A stretch of DNA of 63,873 bases, filler included. It is 4 parts of 4 records of this genome, joined end to end, with 100 filler letters (N's around TTAATTAATTAA, not from the genome) between each part and the next. Parts side by side here need not be neighbours in the genome. Positions count along the whole stretch, not along the records: positions 58,588 to 63,873 come from SRR2962707_3461; 3 more parts are not named here. The stretch is one strand, 5' to 3'. The first letter of the stretch is position 1, and each line of letters starts with the position of its first letter. The notes beneath the pieces were generated by a model. It had not been told where the DNA came from and did no database searches. It was given only the letters and a program-made list of their open reading frames with translations. Shown here piece after piece: positions 63,691-63,873 of the stretch. Position numbers and translations under genes: made by a program.

Positions 63691-63873
63691 TCAAAATAAA
63701 CTTGCTTGGCTGGCTTCTTTCTCACCAGTAAAGGGGTTGAGTACTGGATGATCGTAACCTAAATCTTCACAAAATGCCCGCGCTAACAAAGGGGCTTGGC
63801 GGTTATCTGCGGTATGAAAAAATACATACGGGTGCTTACCTTCATCAAGCCATTGTTTTACTTTTTTAAGCCA
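63691..63873 (-). CDS. yecE: DUF72 (YecE) family protein, 3' fragment
   Basis: The minus strand reads WLKKVKQWLDEGKHPYVFFHTADNRQAPLLARAF...QASLF*, matching the DUF72 C-terminus. Confidence 0.75.
   Translation of the reverse strand, partial: WLKKVKQWLDEGKHPYVFFHTADNRQAPLLARAFCEDLGYDHPVLNPFTGEKEASQASLF

Overview
This window is not one replicon. It is four unrelated contigs joined by artificial 100-nt spacers (44 N + TTAATTAATTAA + 44 N) at 16554-16653, 31696-31795 and 58488-58587. Contig A (1-16553) is GC-rich and Hyphomicrobiales, Devosia-like. It carries a partial oligopeptidase B, a complete mrpABCDEFG Na+/H+ antiporter operon and the mucR / gafY-gafZ-like / sufE / DUF5330 / divJ-like / PG-binding / DUF1491 / DUF2336 locus, with CtrA-like boxes and a candidate small RNA. 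Contig B (16654-31695) is AT-rich Flavobacteriaceae. It carries a HasA/NodC-like GT2, DinB, a MITE, a degenerate esterase, panD-panC, a GT5 half-enzyme, DUF4270, glmS, a TonB-dependent receptor and a GDSL lipoprotein. Contig C (31796-58487) is eukaryotic (protist-like). It appears to be one intron-rich minus-strand gene, open at both contig ends, with roughly 60 short introns by eye and an estimated >6000 aa. The predicted protein combines a DUF3638/DUF3645 SF2-helicase-like NTPase with two thioredoxin folds, a SPRY domain, several Cys/His zinc motifs, a WWE-like segment, a nucleoporin-like FxFG tract, a receiver-like segment and EF-hands. This is the most novel object in the window. Contig D (58588-63873) is Pseudoalteromonas-like. 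It carries partial cmoA, a CheX-like DUF3334 gene, a divergent purA paralog with its own LysR, a DUF2914 membrane protein, a YgjP-like gene and partial yecE. All family and taxon assignments come from motif recognition by eye; no database searches were run.
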